DNA from: Klebsormidium nitens
Taxonomy: Eukaryota > Plantae > Klebsormidiophyceae
Length of the DNA: 64,000 nucleotides
Assembly: GCA_000708835.1 (NCBI GenBank)
Contig: DF236976.1
Span: 186,001-250,000, forward strand
Direction: 5' to 3'
Below are positions 23,301-34,966 of this stretch, piece after piece. The notes beneath the pieces are model-generated. The model saw nothing but the letters and a program-made list of their open reading frames with translations, ran no database searches and was not told the origin of the DNA. Position numbers and translations under genes: made by a program. The first letter of the stretch is position 1, and each line of letters starts with the position of its first letter.

Positions 23301-26300
23301 TTCTGAGGGAGATCAGCGTCATCTTGAGAAGGTTGTCCGCGGTTAGCGCGTACGGGGGCAGGTTCAGCTCGCCGTGCCTAGTTCTCACCACTCTCTCCAG
23401 CCGCTCGTGGAGCTCGTCGATCGGCAGCGTTCGGTAGTCGGGGAGACGGGCCTGGCCGAACGTCTGGCTGTTGAACAGGCGTTGGATCTCGAGCGGAACT
23501 TGGGTTACGTCTCGGTAAAGCGCGGTTACGGTGTTCGGGTCTTGGGAGTGGAAAATGACCAACAGATGGTTGCTCTGCCGCCATTGAATCATGTCCTGGA
23601 CACGTGTCGCCAGCCGCTCCGCCGTGCCCCCAGATGCCGCGCTCGCGGCCGCTGTGCCGGAGGGGCGCACCGCGCGCAGCGCAAAGTCCCGTGCCACGGC
23701 GACCAGTGATTGGACGAGGAGCGAGCGGACGTTTCTGGGGGCGCCCATGTCCGCAAGGACGCCGGACTTGAAGAAGACGCTGTCCGACAGGTGTCCGAGC
23801 TGGGCGGCTAGAACGTTCAGGAACGTGTTGAGGAGGGAGAACGACGGCGCGGCCACGTGCGCCAGAAAGTGGCGCTGCAGGAGGTCCTGACACGTGTCGG
23901 CCGGAAGAGGCGCCGCGTCCCGGCAGGCGCCCGAGAGGATGAGGTCGTCGCGGTCGACGCGCCCGCTCTCGAGCGCGTGCAGGTACACGCACACGGTCCG
24001 TACCGGGCTGCTGACGTCATCGCTGACGCGGAGGTTGGTCAAGTCCCAGGTCAGGTGCTCCCGGCGGAACCAGTGGCAGATGGGCAAGTCTTCGAACAGC
24101 CGGTTCCGCATGTCGTTCGCGAGCTCGACGAAAACGGAACGGAATCCGGCGCGGTAGACGCCGGCGGTCGTGCAGCTGAGGGAGCCCAGGATGAGCAGCT
24201 CGAAGAGGGCGTTGCTGACGTGGGCGGGGTCGTCGAGGGTGCTGACGTCAGCGTGGAGGCAGCCGGTTGCGCCGGGGCCCAGGGCTTGGAGCCGGGCGAT
24301 GATCTGGGTGCGCGAGGCGGCGCCGGTCACGGACAGGCAGTGGAGGGAAGCACCCTGCAAAAGTGATTGTGTGAGGTTCAGGCTCCAGATATGGGACTTT
24401 CGTCAGCATATAGTTTTCCGGTATGCGGAGGCTTTGTGCCGACGCATCGCCTTGCTGGCTTGCTAAGTCAGCAAGCCGCGCGATGCGTTGGTAGGAAGTC
24501 CTGTGAAAAGACGATAACGAGGACCCGTCTCGAGAGCTACTCCGCAATTATCGCGTCGCGAAAGGCCTTTTTGGGTGCCAAAAAGTAGACAAAAACCAGT
24601 TGTCATCCCATCATTTATCAGAGGATTCGATGTACTCTGCTTCTATATAGCTCGTTCTGTCCGTCAGATCCCTGTCTACCAAGTCAGATGCACAAATCTT
24701 CTGCACCCGACTTAACAACAATGTAATTATTGATTAGAGCACGTCTGCAACGAGTGCTCAAGTTCGTTTGTCAGACGAGTCTGATAGTCGGACGATTCTG
24801 ATAAGGATTCCCTTTTCACAAGAAGTGACCTTTTGCTTGCGGTTCTACCACGACCTCAGGACTGCCATTTCGAAGCAGGTCTCAAACTCTGTTTGCATTG
24901 GAAGAACATGATTGGGCTGACTTCAACCTGGAGATGCGATCAGCCTTCTCGACCCACGCAAATTTAGTTGAGCTGCCTAGGCCGGAAAAAAACAAAAAAA
25001 ACCCACTGAATGTTCGGTGCTCAGAATCACCGTTTCGTGATCTGCTCCCCGGAGGTTGAGCACTTGCCTCGCATAAGGCTGCTAAAGATTGTCGAGTCCG
25101 ACCGATTTGAGAAGAGACGCAGAATGTCTCACAGCTGATAGCCAACAAGCGGCTCAGCGAAAAGCCTAGTTTCGAATCCTTGCCCCAGACAACATGACTT
25201 CTTTCACAACCCACAAAAGACTCCTTCAGAAGCGAGATGTACTTCCTGCTTGGACAGGCTTTCCTCTCCCGTCAAAACTCAGAAAGTAAGTCGTTCCGAC
25301 AATTCAGCATGCCCCACCTTCTGAGCCGCCAGCTGTCGGATCGTCTCCGTCTTGCCGACCCCGGGCCTGTCTGACGTCACCACGACCACCTCCGGCAGGT
25401 CCGGCACCGCCCCCAGCAGCGGCTTCAGCTCCTCTGACGTCAGCTTCCCAACCATACTCCGCACCGGCACCCCAAAGCTCTGCCGTTTGCGGTCACCCGA
25501 GACGATGATTGCGAGCTTGAAACGGCTGACGTCGGTCGTTTTCGCCGCCTTCTGGAGCTCCTGAGCCAGCAGCGTGTGGCACGTGAAGTCGAGCTGGTCC
25601 GCGAAGGCGACGCAGAAGAGCGGATCGTCGGCGGAACCGGTCCAGCGGAACCGGAAGCAGCGGAGCAGCAGCAGGTGCGCCTCCTCCCAGGACGTCCGAG
25701 CGTCGCACAGCAGGACGTCCGACGGCTGCGGCAGCTGGCCCTGGTCCAAGTACAGCGACATGACAGCTGTCAACACTTGGCCTGGCTCATCGACGGCGCC
25801 CACGAAGACCTCCCCAGGCGAAACGGAATCCGCCGGAAAGGCGCTGCCTCCGCCAAGTCCAAACGGCCGTCGGGGGCGGTTCAGGCCCTGGAAGGCGCTC
25901 CTCAGAGCACCCCCAAGGAGGCGAAGCCTATCCCCGGGCTCAGTGGGCAGCTTTTGTAGGGTTCGCTTAAGCGCTCGGTCTTCGGCGCTCGGGTGAATCC
26001 ACGTCAGCAGGTCACGTGCGTGGCGCTCCGCTTCCGCTTCCGCTGTCCCCGTGAGCAGGTCCCACAGTGGCCCCAGCTGGTGGGACGCGCAGAAGTTGAG
26101 CTCGTAAAACTCCTCGCGCGAGGCCGCGAGGGCGGCCTTCCATTCAGACAGCCGGCCGCGGAGCCCCTCGAGCGTCCGCACGAGGTCCAGGTCCGCGAAC
26201 CGGGCTGTGAGCGCCCAGGAGCGGAACTCGAAGTGGCCCGCGGCCGCGAGCGCGGCCGCCGTCGCGGCCAGCTGCTGCGCGGCGTCGGCCTGCGCGATGA

Positions 26301-29300
26301 AGCGCGTCAGGAGCGCGCGCACGTCGCCGCTGACGTCATCGAAGCGCGGCCGCGTGGCGAGCGCGCCCGCGTTGACGAGGAGCAGCGCGCGGCTGCGGAG
26401 GTCGCCGATCTCGGCGCTGCTGCACACCGTTTTGCCGCGAGCGCTGGGGTAGGAAACGCTGAGCACGCACTCCGGGCCCCGGGTTTTGTCCACCCCTAGT
26501 TGCAGCTCCCCCGCGTCCATGGCTGCGGCTACCCCTTCCAGCGTAAGCTCTCCCCGGTTGGCCACGTTTCTGTACAGCCTCTGGAGCCCCCACGCGTTTT
26601 CCACACACTCGTGCAGCTTTGCGACCATGCCCCCCTCACTCCCGGCAAGCAGCTCATCCACCGTGTTTAAGAACTCACCCAGGGTCTTGCCCCGGGCACT
26701 CTTGAGCAGCCCGCGCATGAACCGTTGGTGGACTTCGATCAAGTCGGAAACCGTGGCCTCCCGGATGATCTCCCCCGAGTGCTCCTCAACTGCGTCGATC
26801 ATCAGCCTCAGATCCTCGCCCCCGGCTTCTCTCAGAAACGAGACCAGCGTCTCCCCCCGGGACAGTTCCCCGAGCGCATCCCGCACGTCCTCGCGCATGT
26901 CTCCGGCCACGCCTTCCAGCTGGTAGAGAGCCCCGGCCAGGCCGGACAGCGTCAGCTCTGCCACGTCATCCGCAAACACCTGCTTGCACCGCTGCGCGGC
27001 CTCCAGGAAAAAGTCGCCATCTAGTTCGAACAGTCGCGCGACCGCCAGCAGCTCTTCCGCCAGCTCCTGCAGCCGCGCCGCCTGCAGGAACGCGCGCACG
27101 GCGGCCGGCCCGAGCGCGAGCGCGTCGCAGTCGCCGGGCCAGCCGTTCCGCTCGGCCGCGCGCCGGAACTCCGCCTCAACTTCTGCCACCGGAACGCCCT
27201 GCCAGAGCTCCTCCACTTGGGCCAGCGGCAAATCCTTCCCCTCAAAGTGCGCGCGCCACCGCTCCTCAAACGCGCCAATCGCGGTCGGTAGGAGCTCCCG
27301 GGCCGCGGCCGCGACGGTGCGGTCCGCGGCCGCGGGGTTTAGGAAGTTTGGGAAGGTTTTCGATTCGGCGGGCTTCAGGAAGTTCGGGAAGGTTTTGAAG
27401 TCGGCCAGGGGGGTCAGGAGGGGAAGGCAGTCCAGAATCGGCCGGTGCAGCTCCCACTCCTGGGCGCTTCGAATCGAGTCCAGGGTCAAGATTCCGGTCG
27501 AGAAGAGCGTCGCTTTGGTGATGACGTCATCTCGGTAGAGTTTGAGGTCGGTGGGGCGCAGCGGCGCGAAGAAGGTGCGCAGGGTGGAGCCGACGACGTC
27601 GAGGCGGCGCTCGTAGTTGGCGAGGGCGGTCCGCAGAGAACTACAAATAGAGGGCACGAAAAGTAAGAAGAGGAGATTCAGGAGGGGAGGTTCGTAAAGC
27701 AAAGCAGCAAGAGCCGAGGTGAACAGAGAGAGACCGTTTTGATTTTTTTCCTGGCTGTCGATGTTACCAAAGTGCGATGAAAGACAGAACATTCTAGTCT
27801 ACTTCTGAAGACAAAACAAGATACGTTGTGGGACTGATAGACCTCCATACAAAAAGCAAGTTAATAAGTTTCGATCCCTACATCCATCCTTAAATATTGG
27901 GCCGGCCCTGACGTGTCGCTGTTTTGTGCAATATCCAGCTTAGCATCCGCTTTGTCAGAGGACGCTTCAAAGGAGCCTCTGAGAGCACTTTCATCTGCTC
28001 TCCGCAGCTCCGGATCAGCTCCGGATTGCAAATAACCCACGAGAATTATCCGAGTCAACTAAGCAGAAATAGCTTAGTAAGTTGCATCTCTGCAAGACCG
28101 CTTTCTATTGTGCACACTCAAGAGTTTTTTCTCGCACCCAACGAAAAAAGGACGATCGTGACTTGTTGCTCAAAATGATTTCGGCGAGCTTGGATAAATG
28201 TAGACAATGTTGGAGAAGCACGAAAGCGGGCGGAGATGCAAAATCAAGTAAGCGGCCTACCTGAGATCCTGGTGACTTTCGCCGCAGCCGGCCGCGCGAA
28301 ACGCGGCCGCGATGCGCTCTTCCGGCACCGCCAGCACGTTCCTCAGCTCTCGGACAGCGATCGTTCCGTCCGCCATTCCGGCGGACGCTTTCCGGACAGC
28401 CTCCCCTGCTTCCTTCACCAGAGGGTGGCTCTTCACCGCATCGCATTCCGCTGCTGACGCGCAGAGGGGCCAGAGTTCCGCGCAGTACACCGCTGCGGCG
28501 CTGCCGAGAGCGGAACAGAGGGGACGGACGAAATCCAAGAGGTGGACGACTAGCTCCTCTGCTTGCCTGCGAAGGCGAGGAAAAGTAATCAATGACTTAA
28601 AGCCATCTCATGAACGAGTTTTGGTCAGGCAGCCGGCTGACCTGGATGAAAGGTCAGCATCGACGAAAGTTCGGCCTGTCGTTTTCGTGGCCTCGGTTTG
28701 GTTTTGGGTGCAAATGTGTGCATTAGCACGGGGTGACCGTGGAGCAGATAGTTTTAAAATGATACAGGATGAGCTGCAATCGTCGAGAAGTGGCCCGTGC
28801 CTAGGTTTAAAAAGGGAGTACACAGCCGCTTGAAAACGGGATAGATGTTCGCAGTGCCGCTTCAACCTACAAGAAGGGAACCAAGTAGACAGGAGATCGC
28901 GTTCAACGACATGATCCAAAAGTGATTTCGAAAATAACTCTGCTCCTAGAGACGGAAGCGGAGCTGCCCACCAAGCTTGCTTACATATCCAAGTATAGGG
29001 ATGTTGGTTCTAAGTTGGTTGCCTCAATCAGCAAAAGCCCATGGGAGGCAAACTCGACCGAAACCAGTGGCTCCTTTCTTGTGTTATTGAGGAGCAGCCC
29101 TCTGTTCCTTGTTCCTCGAAGACCGCAATCGTTGCTTTGCCCGAAAGTTGTGAAAGCAATGTTTTTTCGAAGAATTACGAATACCACGGATCCACTTATT
29201 CTACACACACCACAGCAGTTTCCCTCATTAACGTAGTCCCAGAGGACTTCATGAGCGAGTTTGCCCAGTACTTTTGATATAGTGACCGAACACGTCAAAA

Positions 29301-32300
29301 GCATGTCTCTTTCGACAAAGGATCGATGGCAGACCTGGCACGAGACTGATAACACTTGTGGATTACTAAGAGCAGACAACTTTGTGAAGCTGCATTTCAG
29401 AGACCCAGCCGTTGTTTCAATATAAGCAAACGATTGATCCGCCCAGCCACGCCAACCGCGCAACTGCGCCCTCGTCATGCCAGATCCCCTCATCCATAAG
29501 AGCCACAGGGTATGCGATTACTCACCTTGAGGCCACTTGGACCGAACCATCCTCCCTCGCTGACGTCAGCAGCCGCACCGCGGCCGCCGCCTTGTCCAGG
29601 TCCTCCGCGAACGAGGCCACGGCGGTGCGGGCGACCCCATAGAAGGCGTCAGCAGTCTCCGGTCGCCCTTCGCCAGCGCACTTGAGGACGTCCGACGGTG
29701 CGAAGTCGGACGCCAGCTTGGCGGCGTGCTCGGACAGGCGCTCCACCACCGGGCCCCACTCTTCCGACTCCAGTTGCTTGACTTGCCGCTTCAGCTCTTC
29801 AGTTTTCTCAAAAGCGCTTAGGGGCGTCTGCGTCGCTCGGTCGATTGTCCCTGAAACGTATGCCAAGCACGCGGCTTCCACGGCAGCCGCCAGAACCCGC
29901 GCATCCCGCGTTCCGTTTCCGGCCGGCCCCGTTCCGTTGTTGTCACCGCTGTCTTTGTCCAGAGAAAGCACCCGGGAGAGCAAACCGGGCAGCAGATCCA
30001 GCGGCTCTCGAGCCCCAGACTGCGCGATACTCCGCAGAAGCGCCACGGCCGGTTTCTTCGCCGCGAACAGCTCTTTCGTGAAGACGAGCTTCGAGAGGGT
30101 TTGCAGGTTTTCCGGCGACCACTCGGCGGGCCCTTTCGCGCTACGGATCACGTGGCCCCGCAGCGCCTCGATCAGTCCCGGGTGCTGCGCGAGCGGTGCC
30201 AGCTTCTGGCACAGGTGTAAAAGCGCCCGGTCGATCCCAACGGCCCCCCGCGTCTGGAGCAGCGCCGCGAGACGCCGCGACACGTGTTTTGCGATCGGCT
30301 TTTCACACTCGCCTACCCGAGGCATCTGGAGAACTTCCAACAGAGCCGCCGCGCACGGTGCGGAAACAATCACCCGGCCGACGATCAGCGGGAAGTCGTC
30401 CCCCGAGCAGGACGCAAGAAACGGCAGCGCGGCTCGCACGTCGGCGCAGAACTGGTCTCCGTCCGTGGGCGCGCCTTCTCGGACGTCCGCAAGGAAGCGG
30501 AGCTCGGCGTCCGCAGCGGCCAGTCCCGGGAGGTGGCGCAGCCAATCGGATGCCGGGGCGGTCGCCCGCACGAGCAGGGCGGGGATTGGGCGCAGCGCCT
30601 CCCTGACCGCTGACGTCAGCGCCACGTCACCGCTGGCGTCAGCGAGGCCCTGCAGCGTCGCCATGACGCGGCCGCCCAGCGCCCGGTTGGACGCGGCCGA
30701 CGCAGAGGATACGGACCGCCACGGACGGCTTTGGAGGTCCAGGGCCCGTCCGAAGATGACGCACGCGGCAACGCAGAGGTAAACGCGTGCGCGCGCGTCT
30801 TGGGGCTCGGGGGCGGGGGCTTCCGGTTCGCAAGAGTCGTAGAGATCGACCAGTCCCTCTGCAATCGATGCGGCGACGCTCGCGCTGAACCAGGGCGCGT
30901 TGCAGATCTGCGCATGGAGCCCGCGCAGCTCGTCGAGAACCTCCGGCAAACCCTGGCCGTCGAGCAGTTCGCCAAGCAGCATGCCCGCGTACGTCAGTGC
31001 CGCGTCCGCGTTGGTGGGCAGCTGGGCCGCCACGTGTCGCTCCAGGAGCAGCCCCTCGGCGAAGCAGAACTGGTGCCGCCCCGGCTGCAGCCGATACCCG
31101 CCCCGCGAGACCCTCTCCTCCTCTGCCTTTGAGAAAACGTGCTGGAATCCGCCGCGCTTCCGGGCGACCACGAAGTTGAACCGGAGGCGTGACTGGTCGC
31201 CCGCCCCGCGCACCCGTACCCGGTCCGAAGACCAGAGCGTGCGTTCGTAGGGGGCTACGAATAACGGCACTCGGAGGGGCCGGCCATTCTCCTCGGTGAA
31301 GAGAGACCCGACTGCAAAGACTTCGAAGAAGAAACCTCCCTGGCCTTGGGCGACCTCCTCCGGCAGGACCACGTGAAAGGCGACCGTCCTCAGCTTCGCC
31401 ACCTCTTGGTTGGTCGCCTTCGCTCCCCCCCCCTCATTGCCCACGTCAGCTTTCAAGCGCTTCGAGGAGTGATCAGGCCCTTCCGACGCTTCTCCTCCTT
31501 CCGTCCGCTCCTCTTGCGAGACAAGACGCCGCGTCGCTCCCTTGCCTCTGAGTCCTTCCGAGATCAACGACGCCACGTGCGCAGACTCCACCACGTGGGC
31601 AGGTTGGCTAAGCCGGGGGCTTTCTTCCTTGTCGGCGGATTCTGCGACGCGAGCCACGTGTTCCGTAGTTTCTGCCACGTGGGCGCTTCCGATTGGGGTC
31701 TGGCCCACGTGGGCGGTGACCCAGTCGAGCCCACTTGCGAGGACGCCCGCATATGAGAATGGGCGACTGCTCTGGACGGGCTCTTTGGACTCGGGGGACG
31801 CCGCGGGAGGGGTTCGAGCTCCGGGTGCCAACGGTTCCACGTCAGCATCGGACTCTGGTCCTTCCACTGTCACACTCTTGCCTGGTGAGTCGCGAGCAGC
31901 GGGTTGGGTGCCAGACAGAAGGGAGGAGCTCCAAAGTCCCCCGAAAAGGGAAGATCCAGAGCCCAGCTCGAAGGGGTTTACGGATCTCGCTCCAGATCCG
32001 GTCTCTCCCCGTTCGTCTAGCAAAAGCTTCTTCTTCCGTTCGTCTGCCCAGTTCTGGCTCCCGAAGTAGGCGCCCTCTTCCCAGGCCCGTTTTCCCCGCC
32101 ACATGCTCGCATCAAAGGGGAGGGGCCCGCCAGCAATAGACGATGGGAAGCCCCAGTTGCTCGGGGAGGAAGGGCTCGAGAATTGGGGGGTAGAGAAAGC
32201 GTCCGGGGACTGGGGGTTGGAGAAAGAATTGTGGGCCTGGAGGGGCAGACATGGCTGGGGGCGCAAGTCAAAAGACTCGGAAGAAGATGGAGACTCCAAG

Positions 32301-32419
32301 TTGAACGCGGCGCTTCCGGTTTCCTGGGTTTCGTGGCTTGATGGGGCTGTGGGTTTCCTTGAGTGGTTGAAGCTCTGCTTATCTACATGGTCTCCAGCCT
32401 GGCCCTCGTCGCCACCCAT
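8391..32419 (-). CDS. RNF213: RNF213/mysterin-like giant AAA+ ATPase - E3 ubiquitin ligase (~4,900 aa, ~17 exons)
   Basis: Phase-consistent GT-AG exons: 32419-29526, 28566-28261, 27640-25318, 24354-22187, 21567-21459, 20982-20869, 20303-19612, 19185-18739, 18203-18038, 17646-17542, 17210-16882, 16432-13545, 12934-12097, 11544-11220, 10729-10568, 9930-9235 and probably 8540-8391. RNF213 signature motifs: VIMGETGCGKT...LLDEVNT...CNPYR, LVYRVNELP, SLRDV, IGKPGCSKSL, SYQGSESSTSEGI, VLLDEVGLAE...NPLKVLH, VGISNWELDPAKMNRA, GLRDFYSLIK, RNFGG, LYDMLNQNY, PFLNRFEKH, plus an RZ finger. The last exon is uncertain (alternative 8846-8832). Confidence 0.93.
13630..13740 (-). other. RZ (RNF213-ZNFX1) zinc finger within the RNF213-like gene
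   Basis: Translation YRCACGALFFVGNCGAINDIAQCPDCRNQIGRGYH fits the RZ consensus YxCxxGHxxxxGxCGxPxxxxxCxxCxxxIGGxxH. Confidence 0.9.
27334..27396 (-). repeat. In-frame tandem duplication (36-nt period) in the RNF213-like exon
   Basis: Two 27-nt units, 24/27 identical, encoding KTFPNFLKP-AES-KTFPNFLNP. Confidence 0.9.
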
Positions 32420-34934
32420 TCTGGCGAGGACTGCTGACTGGTTGCCGTTACCTGAGATGGCGGGTACACGAGGTGAGGCTGAAATTGCTAAGATTTTTCA
32501 TTCATCTTTGAAAATGAGAATTCAGGAAATATCAATCAGATACGCAGAAGCTCAGATAGAACCTGGGCGAACAACACCTTCCAAGCGATATTTCAAACGG
32601 TTGCAATAAGTACTGTGTGACCTCGTTGAAGTGTTTTAGGTTGGTGGAGATAGAGAAGCAACTTAACGTGCATGTGGAAAGTACGGGGAAACCAATAAAC
32701 TTGGGAGAAGAAGATTGTGTTCATGCTGTTCCCAAGAGGCACTGCAAGTAAGTAGGAGTGGACACGTTTCACAAACAAGCAACTGAATCAATAAGAACAG
32801 GTCAGCCAGAGTCACACAAGTCGTGCCACACAATCACGATACAACTGGTTGAAAGAATTATGATGCAACCAATATCAGGGCCTTCATGAGGAGGAAAGGA
32901 CAGATGAAGGGGCTAACTCCAGAGATAACAAATCTAATGGCAAAGCTGCGATGACTTTGCTCAAAGTGGGACCCATTTTGAGGTTGTATGGATGAGAAAA
33001 AGGCTGACTGCCTGTCAGTGTCTTTGTTATATGATGGCTGTCCATCAGAACTATGCGCCATTGAACCAGGAATTGTCTGGAACAGCTCTGTAAGTTCTTT
33101 TGTTCAGCAGGCTGATTGTATTGGTGACCAGCTCTTGAAAGCACGAAACAGGAGAAACAAGAGAAACAAGTACGAGCTTTCTGGTCATACACATTCCATG
33201 CCCAGAGTTTCTATTTCCTGAAACAGAAAATCTAACCTAGCCTGTACTGCTTGAAGGGTCGATCATTGGCTGTCCCTTTTCAGCTACAGAGTTCAGCTCA
33301 AAACCTTCTCCATGCTTTGAACACGGTCCTTTCGTTATACTTGAGTTCTGGGGACTCACCACTCAGCAGAGGAGACCTTAGTGGAGCGTCTCCAGAGACT
33401 TGGCGCTCAGCATGCTCGCTGCAGAAAGAATTGTTGGTCTAAGAGGAGTTCAAACGAGCCAGACAACCTCAAAACCACAATCTCCTTCATGCATCTTGAG
33501 CGAGCGCAGAACTCTTCTATGTCTCCATGTTGAGCGTAACTTCATCCTGAGCAGGACTTGTGATTCCAGGAACCTCTGTTTCTTCCTTTCACATTTGCGA
33601 AGGCCATCAGTTGCCATTTGGCATGGCTGTTGCCAAGACAGAGGAGTTGATGTCCAAAGCATATCAAACCAGACCTTAAGTTTCAGGGGATTGAAGCAAG
33701 GAAAGATGAAAGAAGACTGCAATGAAAAAGCTGGACATAGCATTGAACGTCTGTTTGTTGAGGTGACAAGTCTGAAAACCCAAAGATCACTGGTGGTGCA
33801 AAAGTCTGTGTGACTTGGGAGCCACAGAAGGTTTTCAACAACAATTATACTTCTTTGCATCACCCTTAAGCAGCTTATCGAAGAGCAAAGAAGCATGTCA
33901 GGAAGAGCAACCTCACCTGACAGGTGCACTTTGTAGACCACTTCATACCTTCTTGCTTCGCACAGCGCTTGGCGCGTTCTCCAGCAGCTGACATCACCAT
34001 GTTGGTTGCACAATATTCGCAGCATTGCATCCGCAAGCTACTTTGCAAGCGCCCAAATGTCGGGAGACCCCCGACCTTGCTTTGAGCCCAGACCTGGCGA
34101 GGGGCAGCCTGCTCTAGGATCGTTCAACGCCATGGCTTGGGGGATCGCGCATTTCTACCCTGAAGGCCAAGTTTTTTGTCATCACCACTGCTTTCGGTGT
34201 TAAGCTCCGAATATTGAGTACTATGTCTCAGGTCTTTGACACAAATTTTGATATCTGAGGTCCACTATGTAGGCTGTGTATTATCGTTCGATTCAAGTTC
34301 AAGTTGGGACGGACGGTCTGGGATCAATTGGGGCAAGATGCGTCGCACTCCGCGGCCGCGCACCGCCCCAGGCTGGCGCGCGCCGCGGGTGGCCAGTTGC
34401 AGCCGCATTGCAGGCCCCAGTCCAGACCATTGGTTCCACAAGTCCACACATACAAGCTGAGCTCTGAGAGTCGGTATGCTATCCTCGACTTTCGGGTACG
34501 TGAAGTTGATCGCAGGTCCCGTCACCATTGCGAAGAGGCAAAACCATTAGCACAAAATAGCAACGTCATGTTTGGCCATGAGGATCGATATTGCGCTCTA
34601 GATTTATAGCCAAAGTAGACAAAGCCCTCAGAAAGGATGTAACATGAACGGAAACATGGCCGTTTACATCGTACGATGGACTAGTCACTCGAAAAATTTC
34701 TGGGCACTTAAAGTAATCTGGGCCAGGGCGCGGGTCCTTGTATACTTCCAAAACATGTGATTCACATGCGAGTAGGAACACGTTTTGATGAACTCCGGTA
34801 CACTTCAAGATTGCTTGCATCCGCGCCATAGGCCCAGCAGGTTCCTAAGCGCGTACAAATTGAAGTGGCCATCCACCGCGCTAGCTAGATTTGAGCCGGC
34901 CGGACCAGCCAGCCTGATTATAATCTTCAGACTT

Positions 34935-34966
34935 GAGACGACGTCGTCTTACATCGACGTCGTCTC
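34935..34966. repeat. Perfect 12-bp inverted repeat (hairpin) with 8-nt loop
   Basis: gagacgacgtcg-tcttacat-cgacgtcgtctc; the arms are exact reverse complements. Confidence 0.9.

Noticed and set aside
28981-29493. 170-aa ORF inside RNF213-like intron 1, a possible extra exon
   Set aside because: Exon 1 (phase 2) joins 28566 in frame without it, and its composition is intron-like. It is unsupported without RNA data.
13534-31250. Many long plus-strand and alternative-frame ORFs (e.g. 13534-14514, 29682-30782, 15716-16465)
   Set aside because: They lie antisense to or out of frame with the GC-rich RNF213-like exons. Stop codons are scarce there, and the translations are R/A/P-rich with no motifs.
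3950-32419. Idea that the PG-binding gene and the RNF213-like gene form an anti-bacterial gene cluster
   Set aside because: They are merely convergent neighbours. Eukaryotic adjacency gives no functional evidence, and the PG protein more likely acts in the plastid.
29522-32419. LIR/AIM autophagy motifs in the RNF213-like N-arm
   Set aside because: Only weak F-x-x-L matches lacking acidic context, as expected by chance in low-complexity sequence.
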